A DNA stretch of 59,945 nt, counting the filler. It is 3 parts of 3 records of this genome, joined end to end, with 100 filler letters (N's around TTAATTAATTAA, not from the genome) between each part and the next. Parts side by side here need not be neighbours in the genome. Positions count along the whole stretch, not along the records: positions 1 to 24,001 come from SRR22947725_2203; 2 more parts are not named here. One strand, given 5' to 3'. Each line of letters opens with the position of its first letter. Position 1 is the stretch's first letter. Both the position numbers and the translations under genes were made by a program. Positions 10,664 to 20,823 of this stretch are shown here, one piece after another. The notes under the pieces are model-generated. The model worked only from the letters and a program-made list of their open reading frames with translations. It made no database searches and was not told where the DNA came from.

Positions 10664-11311
10664 GTGAGTAGTACAAGAATAAAAATCGTAGAATCATCAA
10701 TATTATTATTCAATAAAAAAGGATTAGCTAATGTTAGACTTCAAGATATTGCTGAATATAATAACATTAGTCCAGGCAATTTAACTTATCACTTTAAAAC
10801 AAAAAAAGATTTAATGGATTATATAATTTATTATATGATCAGAAAATTAGTTGAAATCGAAGCCACTCAAAGAGAATACTTAAAACAAATGTCTTTATAT
10901 AATATTTTAAGAAATAATCTTGTTTTTTTATTTAATTATAGATTTTTTTTTAGAGATATTTTAGAAATTATAAATTTAGTTCCAAACGCTAAATCTGTTT
11001 TCAAGGATGTAAATAAACTAAATGAAAAATTTTCAATTGAATACATTAATATTAGTATCAAAAATGGTTACATGAAAAAAGAAGCATTTGATGGTCAGTA
11101 CAAAATATTTTCTAAAAATAATTGGGCTATCGTTTCTTCATCTCTTACAACATGGGAGATTTTAGATGATTCTAAAAATAAATATCGTAAGATAATTGAT
11201 AAAATAATGGGACATTTCTACCCTTATTTGACTAAAAAAGGTGTAGACAGATACAATAAAAAAAAGAAAGAGATTTCTAAAAAAATAGATGAAGATTTTA
11301 ATAATCTTTAA
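10664..11311 (+). CDS. TetR/AcrR family transcriptional regulator
   Basis: N-terminal HTH: TRIKIVESSILLFNKKG...LQDIAEYNNISPGNLTYHFKTKKDL. Confidence 0.93.
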   Translation: MSSTRIKIVESSILLFNKKGLANVRLQDIAEYNNISPGNLTYHFKTKKDLMDYIIYYMIRKLVEIEATQREYLKQMSLYNILRNNLVFLFNYRFFFRDILEIINLVPNAKSVFKDVNKLNEKFSIEYINISIKNGYMKKEAFDGQYKIFSKNNWAIVSSSLTTWEILDDSKNKYRKIIDKIMGHFYPYLTKKGVDRYNKKKKEISKKIDEDFNNL

Positions 11312-12111
11312 TTAGGAAAATAATCAGGTTTTAATTTTGTTGGAAATGTAATTCTAAAAGTTTCAGCGCCTGAAAAATTAGGTGCTAATAATCTTTCTCT
11401 TATGAATTCTCCACTAATTCCACTAAATTTTCCTGTACCTCCTAATACTGTTCCATTAAATACTTGTCCCTTAATACCCCAAACAAATAACATCATTCCT
11501 GTTATTGTATCCTTTGCAGGCTCGTTAACATCTTCACAATTTTTTGATCTAAATGCGAATGTAGCAGTTTGTTCAAGTATAATTTTATCTTTTAATTTTT
11601 CACACTCTTTTGCACTTTTAATGTAAGCTTGGATTAATTGATCTTTTGAGTTTGTTGGGATCAATTTTCTATTGATTGAACTAGCGATAAATTCACTTGA
11701 AATATCAGTAATAAATCTATTCATTGCAGTAAAGTTTCCAATAACCCTATTAGGATATCTTGCAGTTTGAACTAGTGGATTATCGTTTACTAACTTTAAA
11801 CCTCCAGATGTTTTTTCTATAAAATTTGGATCTTTAGGATCTAATTCCAAGGGATTACAGCATTCATTTTTTGAAATTGTACCATTACTGTAAATTGGAC
11901 CTCCTCCATGTAAAATTAAACCATTGCTATTTACCTCCTTTTTAGAAAGAGAAAATAGTTGGTTCTTTAAAGAATATGGAATTAATGGAATTCTTGATAA
12001 AAGAAATTTAATTTTTATTAAGGATAAACTATTTAACATCTCAACATTAAAAGTTTGTCCAAATAATGGTCCGTTTGATACCGATTCTATTATTAAATTA
12101 TCTTTTTCCAT
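11308..12111 (-). CDS. Hypothetical protein, possible dirigent/allene-oxide-cyclase-like beta-barrel
   Basis: C-terminal TVLGGTGKFSGISG resembles the GGTGxFxGxxG motif of dirigent/AOC-barrel proteins. Confidence 0.5.
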   Translation of the reverse strand: MEKDNLIIESVSNGPLFGQTFNVEMLNSLSLIKIKFLLSRIPLIPYSLKNQLFSLSKKEVNSNGLILHGGGPIYSNGTISKNECCNPLELDPKDPNFIEKTSGGLKLVNDNPLVQTARYPNRVIGNFTAMNRFITDISSEFIASSINRKLIPTNSKDQLIQAYIKSAKECEKLKDKIILEQTATFAFRSKNCEDVNEPAKDTITGMMLFVWGIKGQVFNGTVLGGTGKFSGISGEFIRERLLAPNFSGAETFRITFPTKLKPDYFPN

Positions 12112-12118
12112 AATTTTT

Positions 12119-14476
12119 TTACCAAGGGAAATAATATCTTTTAGAATTCACAGAATTATCAACCGGAATAGATACATCTGCGTTAGAATCCCATTTAGGA
12201 TCCAGCAAATTTTTATTCCAACTATTCCATTTTAAAGTTAATTCTTCTGCTTTTTCTGGATATTTTGATATTAAATTATTTTTTTCGATAGGGTCATCTG
12301 TCAAATTGATTAAAAATTTGAAATTTTCTTTTTCATTAATGTGTAATTTAAAGTTTTCAGAAACAATTGAATTTACATACCCTGTTTTCCAAAATAATTC
12401 TTTGTGAGGTTTATCATTATTAGAATTTAAATATGGAATTAATGATACACCATCGTATTTATTGTTAAGAGAAGGTGATTTAACTGCATCTAAAATTGTT
12501 GGAACAATATCCAGCAAACTAACCATGTTAGTATAATTTTTTTGAGGTCTTATTTTTCCGTTCCATTGTATCATCATAGGAACAACAGTTCCACCTTCAA
12601 AATTTGACATTTTTCCACCAAAATGTGGTGAATTGTTAGTAGCTCTAGTGTAAGTGGCTCCGCCATTATCACTAGTGAAAATAATTAGAGTGTTATCTAT
12701 AATCCCCTCAAGTTCAAGTGTTTTTTTTATTTCACCAATACTATCGTCTAAATTCTTAATCATAGCATAATAAACTCTTTTGTTGTGATCTTTGATGTGT
12801 GAAAACATGTCATAATACTTTTTTTGTGCCTGAAAAGGTCCGTGTGGAGCCATGTGTGAAAGATGAAGGAAGAAAGGTTTTTCTTTATTTTCTTTTATGT
12901 AATTAACAGCTTTTTTTGTAAAAACGTCGGTTAAATATTCTGAATTTTCAGGATTACTGTTTTTGCCATTTTCCAAAGTGTAATAATTTGTTGCTTGCCA
13001 AGTAATAAAATCTGCAAAATCCCAAGTTTGTTTTGATTCAACAATATTTTCTTGATTTAAAGGAGCGTAAAGAGATCCTGCACCAATAATTCCATAATGA
13101 TAATCAAATCCATAATTTATAGGACTGAATTTTGGATGTGTTCCCATGTGCCATTTACCAATAACAGATGTTTGGTAACCCATTTTCTTTAAATAATCAC
13201 CTATTGTATTTACATAAGGATCTAGTCCTCTTTGGTTAATAGGAACATCCTTTTCATACCACTGTTTAAAATTATTTTGATGTCCAAATCTTTTAAAATC
13301 TGCTTTTCTAACTCTTGGACTATAATTAAATAAATCAGGTAAAAACTCAAAGCCATTTCTATGCTGATAGTTACCTGTTAAAAATGCAACTCTCGAGGGT
13401 GCACAAACCGATGCTGTTGCGTAAGCCCTAGTAAAATTTATTCCATTTTTAGCTATTTGGTCAATATTTGAAGTTTCGATTAATTTATTTCCATTGGCTG
13501 ATATATCGTTGAAACCTAAGTCGTCTGCCACTATTAAAATTACGTTGGGTAGTTTATCATTATTCTTTAATGTTGTATCGGGATATATAGCTGGTTTAGA
13601 GTCTGTAAAAACAAAAGAATTATAAAATGATATAAATAAATAAGCAATAATTAAAGTAATTCCAGTATAAAAAACTTTGGCTCTGTTTTTTAAATACAAC
13701 CAAATAATCTCAGCTATTATTAGCGTAGGAAATATAAATTTGATAGTTCTGATGAATTCATCTTCAAATAAACCAATAGGGGACACTACATTAATTTCAA
13801 AATGATATAGATGAATTTCTATTAGCTGAATAATCCAAGCCAAAACAGACCCAATCAAAGTGATAAAAAGTATTCTTTTTAGTTTTGAATTAAATTTATT
13901 TTCAGCTATTTTATTTAGGTAATACAGTACTGGAAAAACAAAAATTAAAAATAAAATTATTACTCTTAAAATTGATTCATCACTAAAAATTCTAGATAAT
14001 GCAAACAGAACATTATTTGAAGTTAAAATGCCAGTTATAATAAGCAGAAAAAAGTAAAAAAAGTTCTTTGGTCCACCAATAGAGTACTTTATCCCCAAGC
14101 TGCTAAAGCTATTATTTAATTTCTTTATTTTTAATATGAAATAAATTCCTATTAATCCTAGGATTAAGTGAAAATATCCTGGTGCGGGATTTTCAAACCC
14201 GAAATTTAAGCTTGATTGAATTACTGCAAAAGCAATTCCAATATTAAAAATTGAAAATATAGTCAAGAAGGGAATATGTAGTTTTTTTAAATTAAAAAAT
14301 TTCCAAAAGTATAACGCAAAAAGACCTAGAGAAAATGCAGCAACTCCATACATTTTAACAAAACCAATAGTAAGGGAACTAACATTATTGAATTCAGGAA
14401 TTTTGTGAGTAGCAAAAAATAAGACTAGACCTGCTAGAATTTCTACAATTGCCGTTAAAAGAAAAAATTTTCTCAT
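12119..14476 (-). CDS. S1 sulfatase fused to a multi-pass N-terminal membrane region
   Basis: About 290 aa hydrophobic N-terminus, then PNVILIVADDLG, CAPSRVAFLTG, GKWHMG, FTSDNGG. Confidence 0.9.
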   Translation of the reverse strand: MRKFFLLTAIVEILAGLVLFFATHKIPEFNNVSSLTIGFVKMYGVAAFSLGLFALYFWKFFNLKKLHIPFLTIFSIFNIGIAFAVIQSSLNFGFENPAPGYFHLILGLIGIYFILKIKKLNNSFSSLGIKYSIGGPKNFFYFFLLIITGILTSNNVLFALSRIFSDESILRVIILFLIFVFPVLYYLNKIAENKFNSKLKRILFITLIGSVLAWIIQLIEIHLYHFEINVVSPIGLFEDEFIRTIKFIFPTLIIAEIIWLYLKNRAKVFYTGITLIIAYLFISFYNSFVFTDSKPAIYPDTTLKNNDKLPNVILIVADDLGFNDISANGNKLIETSNIDQIAKNGINFTRAYATASVCAPSRVAFLTGNYQHRNGFEFLPDLFNYSPRVRKADFKRFGHQNNFKQWYEKDVPINQRGLDPYVNTIGDYLKKMGYQTSVIGKWHMGTHPKFSPINYGFDYHYGIIGAGSLYAPLNQENIVESKQTWDFADFITWQATNYYTLENGKNSNPENSEYLTDVFTKKAVNYIKENKEKPFFLHLSHMAPHGPFQAQKKYYDMFSHIKDHNKRVYYAMIKNLDDSIGEIKKTLELEGIIDNTLIIFTSDNGGATYTRATNNSPHFGGKMSNFEGGTVVPMMIQWNGKIRPQKNYTNMVSLLDIVPTILDAVKSPSLNNKYDGVSLIPYLNSNNDKPHKELFWKTGYVNSIVSENFKLHINEKENFKFLINLTDDPIEKNNLISKYPEKAEELTLKWNSWNKNLLDPKWDSNADVSIPVDNSVNSKRYYFPW

Positions 14477-14952
14477 TATTTTCTTTCTAATATAGAGAGT
14501 CCAAATGAAATAATCAAAATTAAAGCGGCCAGAGGAGCGTAATAAACACCTGGTGTTATATTTGTTGTGTACAAGCCTTGAACAGCAATTTCCTCCCTGA
14601 TTAATGGATAACCAAAAAGTCTAAAACTCCATTCAAATAGCCAAAATATGTACATAAGTGGAATTAATGATCTGTATCTAAAAATTACTATCCAGCAAAC
14701 AAAACAAAAAATCAGTTGAGCAAAGCCCCATAAAGAAAAAAATCTATAAATTATGGGCATAGGGTCAGGATCACCTGAAATACTTAAAAAACTTCCAATA
14801 TCATGAAAACCATACTGTTCAAATAGCATGTGAATAATAGAACGCCAGGTCATAAGAATTACAAACAAAACAAAACCCCACAGTGCTAACTTGTGACCCT
14901 TAAAGTTATTATCAGCACTTTTTGGCAGTATGTTTCTAAAATTTAAACTCAT
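14476..14952 (-). CDS. Hypothetical membrane protein
   Basis: About 4 hydrophobic segments; stop/start overlaps with both neighbours. Confidence 0.75.
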   Translation of the reverse strand: MSLNFRNILPKSADNNFKGHKLALWGFVLFVILMTWRSIIHMLFEQYGFHDIGSFLSISGDPDPMPIIYRFFSLWGFAQLIFCFVCWIVIFRYRSLIPLMYIFWLFEWSFRLFGYPLIREEIAVQGLYTTNITPGVYYAPLAALILIISFGLSILERK

Positions 14953-15800
14953 TGTTTATTTTTTAAAATTTCCATCATTTTTTGAGGAGTTTCGTGTCCG
15001 GCATTTTGATTTTGTCCAGTAACAAATTTAGATTTTTCATCCACGACAGTTAAATTGGCAAACACATCTCTAAGAGCTGTTTTACTTTCAAAAATAACAC
15101 CAGCTTTTATTAATTCTTCTTCTGGATGTTGAGGTGTAAAGTCAATGCCCAGTTCATTAATTTGTTTGTCGGTTACTCCAGTCATTCTTTTATTTTTTAT
15201 TATTAGGTTTCCTAGAGAATCTTTTGCATTTATAAAACCAAGAACTCCATGACAGACTCCACCAATAACAGAATTTGGGTTATAATAAGTTTGACTTATT
15301 TTTTCTCCTAGTGTTTCTGAATAACCTAAATCGTATGCAGCGCCCCAACCACCAGAAATGAAAACTAGATCGTAATTATCGATTTCAAGTTCATCAATTA
15401 AAATAGAATTTTCTACTTTTTCTTTTAATATTGGGTCTTCAAGATACCTAGTGTCTGAGTTTGTTTTAACAGCATAAAAAAACGATTCGGGATCAATGGG
15501 AATTTTCCCACCTTTAATACTTGCGATATCAACTTCAATTCCAGAATCTGTAAATTCATAATAAGGGACAGTAAGCTCTGAAGCAAAGACTCCTGTCAAT
15601 TTGCCAGTTGTTTCTCCAGGCTTGTTTAGGGTACTGTGACTAGTTGATATAATTACTGCTCTTTTATTTGTGAAATTATATTTTTTACTATCAAATTTTG
15701 GGTGTAACCCTGCTTTATTTAATAGAGTGGGTAGCGAAATAAAAAATACGATAATCAATATTAAAACAGTTGCAATTATTTTAAAGATTTTTTTCTTCAT
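14949..15800 (-). CDS. DJ-1/PfpI (type 1 glutamine amidotransferase-like) family protein, N-terminal anchor
   Basis: GVFASELTVPYYEF, FISGGWGAAYDL, GGVCHG nucleophile elbow, VTGQNQ. Confidence 0.88.
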   Translation of the reverse strand: MKKKIFKIIATVLILIIVFFISLPTLLNKAGLHPKFDSKKYNFTNKRAVIISTSHSTLNKPGETTGKLTGVFASELTVPYYEFTDSGIEVDIASIKGGKIPIDPESFFYAVKTNSDTRYLEDPILKEKVENSILIDELEIDNYDLVFISGGWGAAYDLGYSETLGEKISQTYYNPNSVIGGVCHGVLGFINAKDSLGNLIIKNKRMTGVTDKQINELGIDFTPQHPEEELIKAGVIFESKTALRDVFANLTVVDEKSKFVTGQNQNAGHETPQKMMEILKNKQ

Positions 15801-16957
15801 TATATTTTATTTTTAACAATAAATTTATGCATTCTATCCGCCATAATTTCTCCAATATCTTCTTGAATAAAATGGTTTGCTTCTTTGAACTGTTCGTGAT
15901 TCTGACCTTTAGCTCCTGGTACCATTTTAATAAATCTATTCTGAATTCTTGGAGTTCCTAGAAGTTTGTCTTGCAATCCTATTAAAGATAAGAAAGGTTT
16001 TTTAAATTTTTTTAACCCATCAATTGCTTTTAGAGTTTGACCAGTAATCCCAGCATTCATTGATGGAAGGGTTCTAGGACCGGCCATGTATATAAAAGAT
16101 GGAAACGGAGCAGCATAGGCATCAAGTATTTTTTGATCTTTTTTGAAGTTTCTAGACAAACTTAGTCCCATAATTTCACTAATATGAACAAATGGAGTCG
16201 TAATACAATAATTAACCCACACTTGAAAGATATCCATATTAAATCCATTATTATTTAACATGTGATATGCCATTGCTTTTTTAAAACTTTTAATTTTAGT
16301 ATTAATTGTTAGCTGTTCTGGAATATATAATGGATTTGATTCTTCAGTAAAGTTTGGAAGTTCAGCATTAGCTGCAATTATACCAGAGAAAAGATTTGAA
16401 TTTTCACCAGCAATACGAAGGCCTATTAAACTTCCCCAATCTTGACAAAAAAGAGTAATTTTTTTAAGTTTTAATTTTTTAATAAAAGTTAAAATATTAT
16501 CGCAATGAGTGTCATAAATATGGTACTTAATTGAAATCGGTTTGTCTGATTTTCCCATTCCCATTAAATCTGGCGCAATACACCTGTATCCTTTAGCAAC
16601 AAGTTTATGAATCATTTTTCGGTAAAGGAAAGACCATACAGGCTGACCGTGGAGCAATAAAAGGATTTTTCCGTCGCTAGGACCAGCATCAATATAATGC
16701 ATTTTAAGTCCATTTATATCGCAATAATTTTCATTAAAACTATAATCAGGAAGATTTAAAAAACATTTTTCAGGTGTTTTTACATATTCAATTCCGCTTT
16801 TTGTTTTATGAATTTTAACGTTAGTGTCCCAGAAAACTTCTTTTGGAAGTGGAGCTATAGTTTTGATTTGCCTGTTTTTTATATTCGAGTCAATTTTAAT
16901 TGGAGAACCCATAAAGCCAACAATCAATTTTTGAATTTTACGTTTTAATTTTTTCAT
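15800..16957 (-). CDS. Haloalkane dehalogenase-like alpha/beta hydrolase
   Basis: LLHGQPVWSFLYRKMI, APDLMGMGKSDKP, FCQDWGSLIGL (Asp nucleophile followed by Trp), AYAAPFP, ANHFIQED. Confidence 0.85.
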   Translation of the reverse strand: MKKLKRKIQKLIVGFMGSPIKIDSNIKNRQIKTIAPLPKEVFWDTNVKIHKTKSGIEYVKTPEKCFLNLPDYSFNENYCDINGLKMHYIDAGPSDGKILLLLHGQPVWSFLYRKMIHKLVAKGYRCIAPDLMGMGKSDKPISIKYHIYDTHCDNILTFIKKLKLKKITLFCQDWGSLIGLRIAGENSNLFSGIIAANAELPNFTEESNPLYIPEQLTINTKIKSFKKAMAYHMLNNNGFNMDIFQVWVNYCITTPFVHISEIMGLSLSRNFKKDQKILDAYAAPFPSFIYMAGPRTLPSMNAGITGQTLKAIDGLKKFKKPFLSLIGLQDKLLGTPRIQNRFIKMVPGAKGQNHEQFKEANHFIQEDIGEIMADRMHKFIVKNKI

Positions 16958-16960
16958 GAA

Positions 16961-16984
16961 AAATTAGTATTTAAATACTAATTT
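16961..16984. promoter_or_regulatory. Perfect 24-bp palindrome AAATTAGTATTTAAATACTAATTT, candidate TetR operator
   Basis: Contains TTAGTAT-N4-ATACTAA at 16964-16981; lies 3 bp upstream of the dehalogenase-like start codon. Confidence 0.78.
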
Positions 16985-17006
16985 AATAAAATATAAATAA
17001 AAAACT

Positions 17007-17522
17007 TTATTTAAGTATAATATTTTTTTGAAGAGACTTGTAATAATTTATAGATTCTTTGTCCTTTTTCTCCACAAGAATTCTGATGATCATAAATCCT
17101 TTTTTTACAGGAGATGTTATAAAGTCCTCTGATTTAGAATCATTAAGAGTTAATGTAAGATCTAATTTGTTTGTATCAAACTCTCGATCGTTTTTAACAT
17201 ACCAGTTTATTGTATTTGGTTTGTAGAATGAAACAGACCAATACGTAGAGTCAGGCATATTTGCGTTTATATTTAAATCTTTTTCACTTAAGTCGTAAAA
17301 AATAGTAGAATATAAAAAATCAGGATTGGGCATTACAATATTTCTAGACTGGTCACTTGGAATATCAAAATGTTTTATTTCATTATCCTTAATATTTTGA
17401 TTTTTTTCAATTTTATAATGAAAAACAGCATATACAATATTTGGAATGTAATGTATAGTTAAATTATAAGAACAAATGCTCATTACCATTATTATCCCTA
17501 AGTAAAAAAATATCTTCTTCAT
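17007..17522 (-). CDS. DUF1254 domain protein
   Basis: IVMPNPDFLYSTIFYDLS, YWSVSFY; adjacent to a DUF1214 gene. Confidence 0.75.
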   Translation of the reverse strand: MKKIFFYLGIIMVMSICSYNLTIHYIPNIVYAVFHYKIEKNQNIKDNEIKHFDIPSDQSRNIVMPNPDFLYSTIFYDLSEKDLNINANMPDSTYWSVSFYKPNTINWYVKNDREFDTNKLDLTLTLNDSKSEDFITSPVKKGFMIIRILVEKKDKESINYYKSLQKNIILK

Positions 17523-18079
17523 TTTTCTATTTTTTTAATTATTGGCAACTCTAATGATTCTAAGTTTTTATAAACACTTTCATCTGGATTATAAACCCTT
17601 AGTGTAATATGAAACTTCGTTTCATTTCCTGAGGGTAACCAATTAATGTCTTTTTTTGATGATGATACTAAAATCGATTTGTCTTTAGTAAGGTTTTCTT
17701 TGTTTATCGTGTAAATATTGGCATCATTTTTTACTAAGAAATAATCTTCACCGTATAATGTGTAACTCCAATATCTTCCCTTTGGTGGTGTGCCAATAAT
17801 TTGATAATCAAAGTCTGATGTTAACGGGTTTCCATCGCTGTCCTTACTTGACAAGAAATAAAGCGCTTCTTTATCATCTAATGCAAAAACTCCAATTCTT
17901 GAAATATAAGCTCTTTGGTAACTGTCTTTTAAATCCATATTTGGATTAACTTTCCAGTTTCCGTTTTTAATAGAAAATTCATTGTTTTGTGTTGAAGAAT
18001 TAATATTTGAAATAGCTGTATAACCCCCAATAATTATTGACAATAGAACTAATATTGGTATTATTATATTATTTTTCAC
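17519..18079 (-). CDS. DUF1214 domain protein
   Basis: EALYF..KDSDGNPL, RYWSYTLY, NWLP, LRVYNP. Confidence 0.8.
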   Translation of the reverse strand: MKNNIIIPILVLLSIIIGGYTAISNINSSTQNNEFSIKNGNWKVNPNMDLKDSYQRAYISRIGVFALDDKEALYFLSSKDSDGNPLTSDFDYQIIGTPPKGRYWSYTLYGEDYFLVKNDANIYTINKENLTKDKSILVSSSKKDINWLPSGNETKFHITLRVYNPDESVYKNLESLELPIIKKIEK

Positions 18080-19106
18080 CTAATTTGATAATAAATTTAT
18101 CCCCGTCATTGGCTAAATATACATTTCCTTTAAATTTTTTAGTGTATTTGTTATATAATTTTTTAATTATAATATTATCTGGAGATGGAACTAAATGATT
18201 TAAAACAAGAGTTTTAACATTTACTTTATTAGCTAATCTTATAATTTCATCAGGGGGTGTATGATAATCTTGAATGTCCTTAACTATATGGGCATTTCTG
18301 TGCATATTTTTATTTTCTAAGACTTTAATAGTTTCATCTAAAAGAGAATTTAATATTACTTCATGAATTAACAAATCCGCATTTTTAGCCATTTCGAAAA
18401 CTAGATCATTTTGTTTTGTATCTCCACTAATTACAATTTTTTTATTATTGTATTCAATAGCATAACCCACAGAAGGCTCTACTGGGTAGTGATTGACTTT
18501 AAAAGCGGTAATTTTAATTCCACTTTTTTCATATATAACCTGCTTATTTTCTGTCTTAAATTCGTTTGATATTCCAAAGGCGTACTTTGTATTCATTATT
18601 TCTGAACCATGATGATCAACTCTATGCTTGTTTTCCAATTCTAAAAATGACTTATTGCTTTCTAATATATTTTCTAAACCCTCAGGGCCATAAATATTTA
18701 AATTCTTATTTCTTCCTAATACCCAGGATCTATTAATTAAATAAGGAAGGTCTATATAGTGGTCAGAGTGATAATGAGTAATAAATACTCCATCTAGTTC
18801 GTTTAATGGGAGATTCATTTTTTCAGCTTGTTGAACTACACCATCTCCAACATCAAAAATGAAAAATTTATCTCTTACAAATATTGCGGTTCCCGAATTT
18901 ACTCTTTCTGCATTAATTGGTGAACCAGTTCCAATAGTAAATACAGTAATTTCATTTTTATTTAATGATAAATTATTTTGATTTTGTTCAATATTATAAT
19001 TAATTAAAGTTTTAGAAATTTTTTCAGGATAAAAGTTGATAAATGAAAAACAAAAAAATATCAATATTGATAAAAACAATAAAAGATATTTTATTAGTTT
19101 TTTCAT
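18069..19106 (-). CDS. MBL-fold metallohydrolase (RNase Z / AtsA arylsulfatase-like), N-terminal anchor
   Basis: GTGSP, FDVGDG, THYHSDH, ISGDT, LIHE, YHT, LNHLVP. Confidence 0.88.
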   Translation of the reverse strand: MKKLIKYLLLFLSILIFFCFSFINFYPEKISKTLINYNIEQNQNNLSLNKNEITVFTIGTGSPINAERVNSGTAIFVRDKFFIFDVGDGVVQQAEKMNLPLNELDGVFITHYHSDHYIDLPYLINRSWVLGRNKNLNIYGPEGLENILESNKSFLELENKHRVDHHGSEIMNTKYAFGISNEFKTENKQVIYEKSGIKITAFKVNHYPVEPSVGYAIEYNNKKIVISGDTKQNDLVFEMAKNADLLIHEVILNSLLDETIKVLENKNMHRNAHIVKDIQDYHTPPDEIIRLANKVNVKTLVLNHLVPSPDNIIIKKLYNKYTKKFKGNVYLANDGDKFIIKLGEK

Positions 19107-19924
19107 TATTGAATTTTCATCATTTTTTTAGCCCAATTAACCAAGAATTTCATAGTTATTCTCTGAGAAAATCTTGACAGACGGTACATGAATTTAGCGT
19201 CAGGACCTACTACTATTCTAGACTTCTTTTTTTTAATTGCATAAATAATTTTATCTGCAGTTTCGTCTGCAGTTGTTGGAAAATGAGTATCTAATTTTTT
19301 TAATTGCAATTCAGTTAGATTTTGTCCTTCTATGTTTCTTACAATATTAGTTTTAACTCCACCAGGATGAACACTTGTAACTGCTACACCAGTGTTGTTA
19401 CATAATTCTTCAGCTGCTAAGGCTTCAGTAAAGCCTCTTATGCCAAATTTTGATGTGCTGTAAGCAGATTGATAAGGAGATCCTAAGAGTCCCCAAATAC
19501 TCGAAATATTCACAACACTTGATTCTTTTTGTTTTCTTAATTCGGGCATAAAAGCTAGAGTTCCATATATCATTCCCCATAAATTTACTCCTAAAACTTT
19601 TTCGTAAGATTCAATAGTTGTATCAACTGCTGTAATGCTTCCGTTTGTAATTCCAGCATTATTAATAACGACATCTACCTTTTTAAAATGACTTACTACA
19701 TTTTTTGAAAATTGATAAAATTCCTCTTTTTTAGAAACGTCAAATACTTCGTTATAAATTTGATCCATATTCCCAATAATACTTAATGTTTCATCAAGAG
19801 ATTGCTTATTAAAATCGTTAAGAGCTAATTTTGCACCATTATTATGCATTTTAATTGCTAGTGATCTACCAATTCCAGAACCAGCACCTGTGATAACTAC
19901 AACTTTGTTTTTTAAATCTTTCAT
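19106..19924 (-). CDS. Short-chain dehydrogenase/reductase
   Basis: TGAGSGIG, NNAG, YSTSKFGIRGFTEAL, VHPGGVKTNI. Confidence 0.92.
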   Translation of the reverse strand: MKDLKNKVVVITGAGSGIGRSLAIKMHNNGAKLALNDFNKQSLDETLSIIGNMDQIYNEVFDVSKKEEFYQFSKNVVSHFKKVDVVINNAGITNGSITAVDTTIESYEKVLGVNLWGMIYGTLAFMPELRKQKESSVVNISSIWGLLGSPYQSAYSTSKFGIRGFTEALAAEELCNNTGVAVTSVHPGGVKTNIVRNIEGQNLTELQLKKLDTHFPTTADETADKIIYAIKKKKSRIVVGPDAKFMYRLSRFSQRITMKFLVNWAKKMMKIQ

Positions 19925-19930
19925 TAAAAT

Positions 19931-20812
19931 TTAATTACTATAATCCTTAAAATCTTTGGAAGGATCAAAATCCATATTTGTTTTTAAAGAACTAAGTTCA
20001 CTTCGAGAATCTTTAGATTTCAAAATAGGGAACATTAATTGAACATACCAAGGCTCTTTCATTTTGTTCCATGCTCCAAATTTCGTTGGATATTTTCTAG
20101 TGATTTTTGCTGTTCCAAATAAAATATCCCAAAAGAAAAGTAGGTTACCATAGTTTCCATTCGGATTTGATATTTCATCTTCAGAGGTTAATCCATGATG
20201 AGCATAATGAGTACTAGGTGTTGATATCGTTCTTTCTACAATCCAAGCTAATGGATGTAAAATTTTGTATTTGTATAAAAACCTATCCCATTTAGTTTCG
20301 CTGTGTGCTGCAATTATAACTGTCATTTTAATGGGTAAATAATATAAATAAACTTCTGTCATTCCTAAAAAAATAAGGATAGCTGAAAACCAAAGACCTG
20401 GCATAAAAGCATAATACATAAATGCGTTTCTGTAAGTAACTAAAACTCCCATCTCTTCAACAACATGATGTGGCCTGTGTAATTTCCACATAAAAGGATT
20501 TTCATGAGAAAATCTGTGCCATAAATATTGAGTTAAATCATCAAGAATTAGGAATGCTAAAACATGCCATAAAAAATAAGAATTAATAAAATAATCTTCA
20601 TAAACAATAAACCAAGAATCCATAGTGAATAATACAAGAGCTAAAATTCCAGGTTGAATCAGTGTAGGTAGAATGGTTAAACAAACTAATTCAATTGTTA
20701 TATCATTTTTAGATCTTTTATCATGAAAATATAATCCACCTACAGCTTCAATAGTACCTAAAACTAAAAGTACAAAAACAGGCACTAATTTACTTATGCT
20801 TTCTTGATCCAT
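19931..20812 (-). CDS. Sterol desaturase / fatty acid hydroxylase superfamily di-iron membrane enzyme
   Basis: Histidine boxes WHRFSH, HRPHH, THYAHH; NYGNLLFFWDILFGT. Confidence 0.9.
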   Translation of the reverse strand: MDQESISKLVPVFVLLVLGTIEAVGGLYFHDKRSKNDITIELVCLTILPTLIQPGILALVLFTMDSWFIVYEDYFINSYFLWHVLAFLILDDLTQYLWHRFSHENPFMWKLHRPHHVVEEMGVLVTYRNAFMYYAFMPGLWFSAILIFLGMTEVYLYYLPIKMTVIIAAHSETKWDRFLYKYKILHPLAWIVERTISTPSTHYAHHGLTSEDEISNPNGNYGNLLFFWDILFGTAKITRKYPTKFGAWNKMKEPWYVQLMFPILKSKDSRSELSSLKTNMDFDPSKDFKDYSN

Positions 20813-20823
20813 ACACTATAAAA

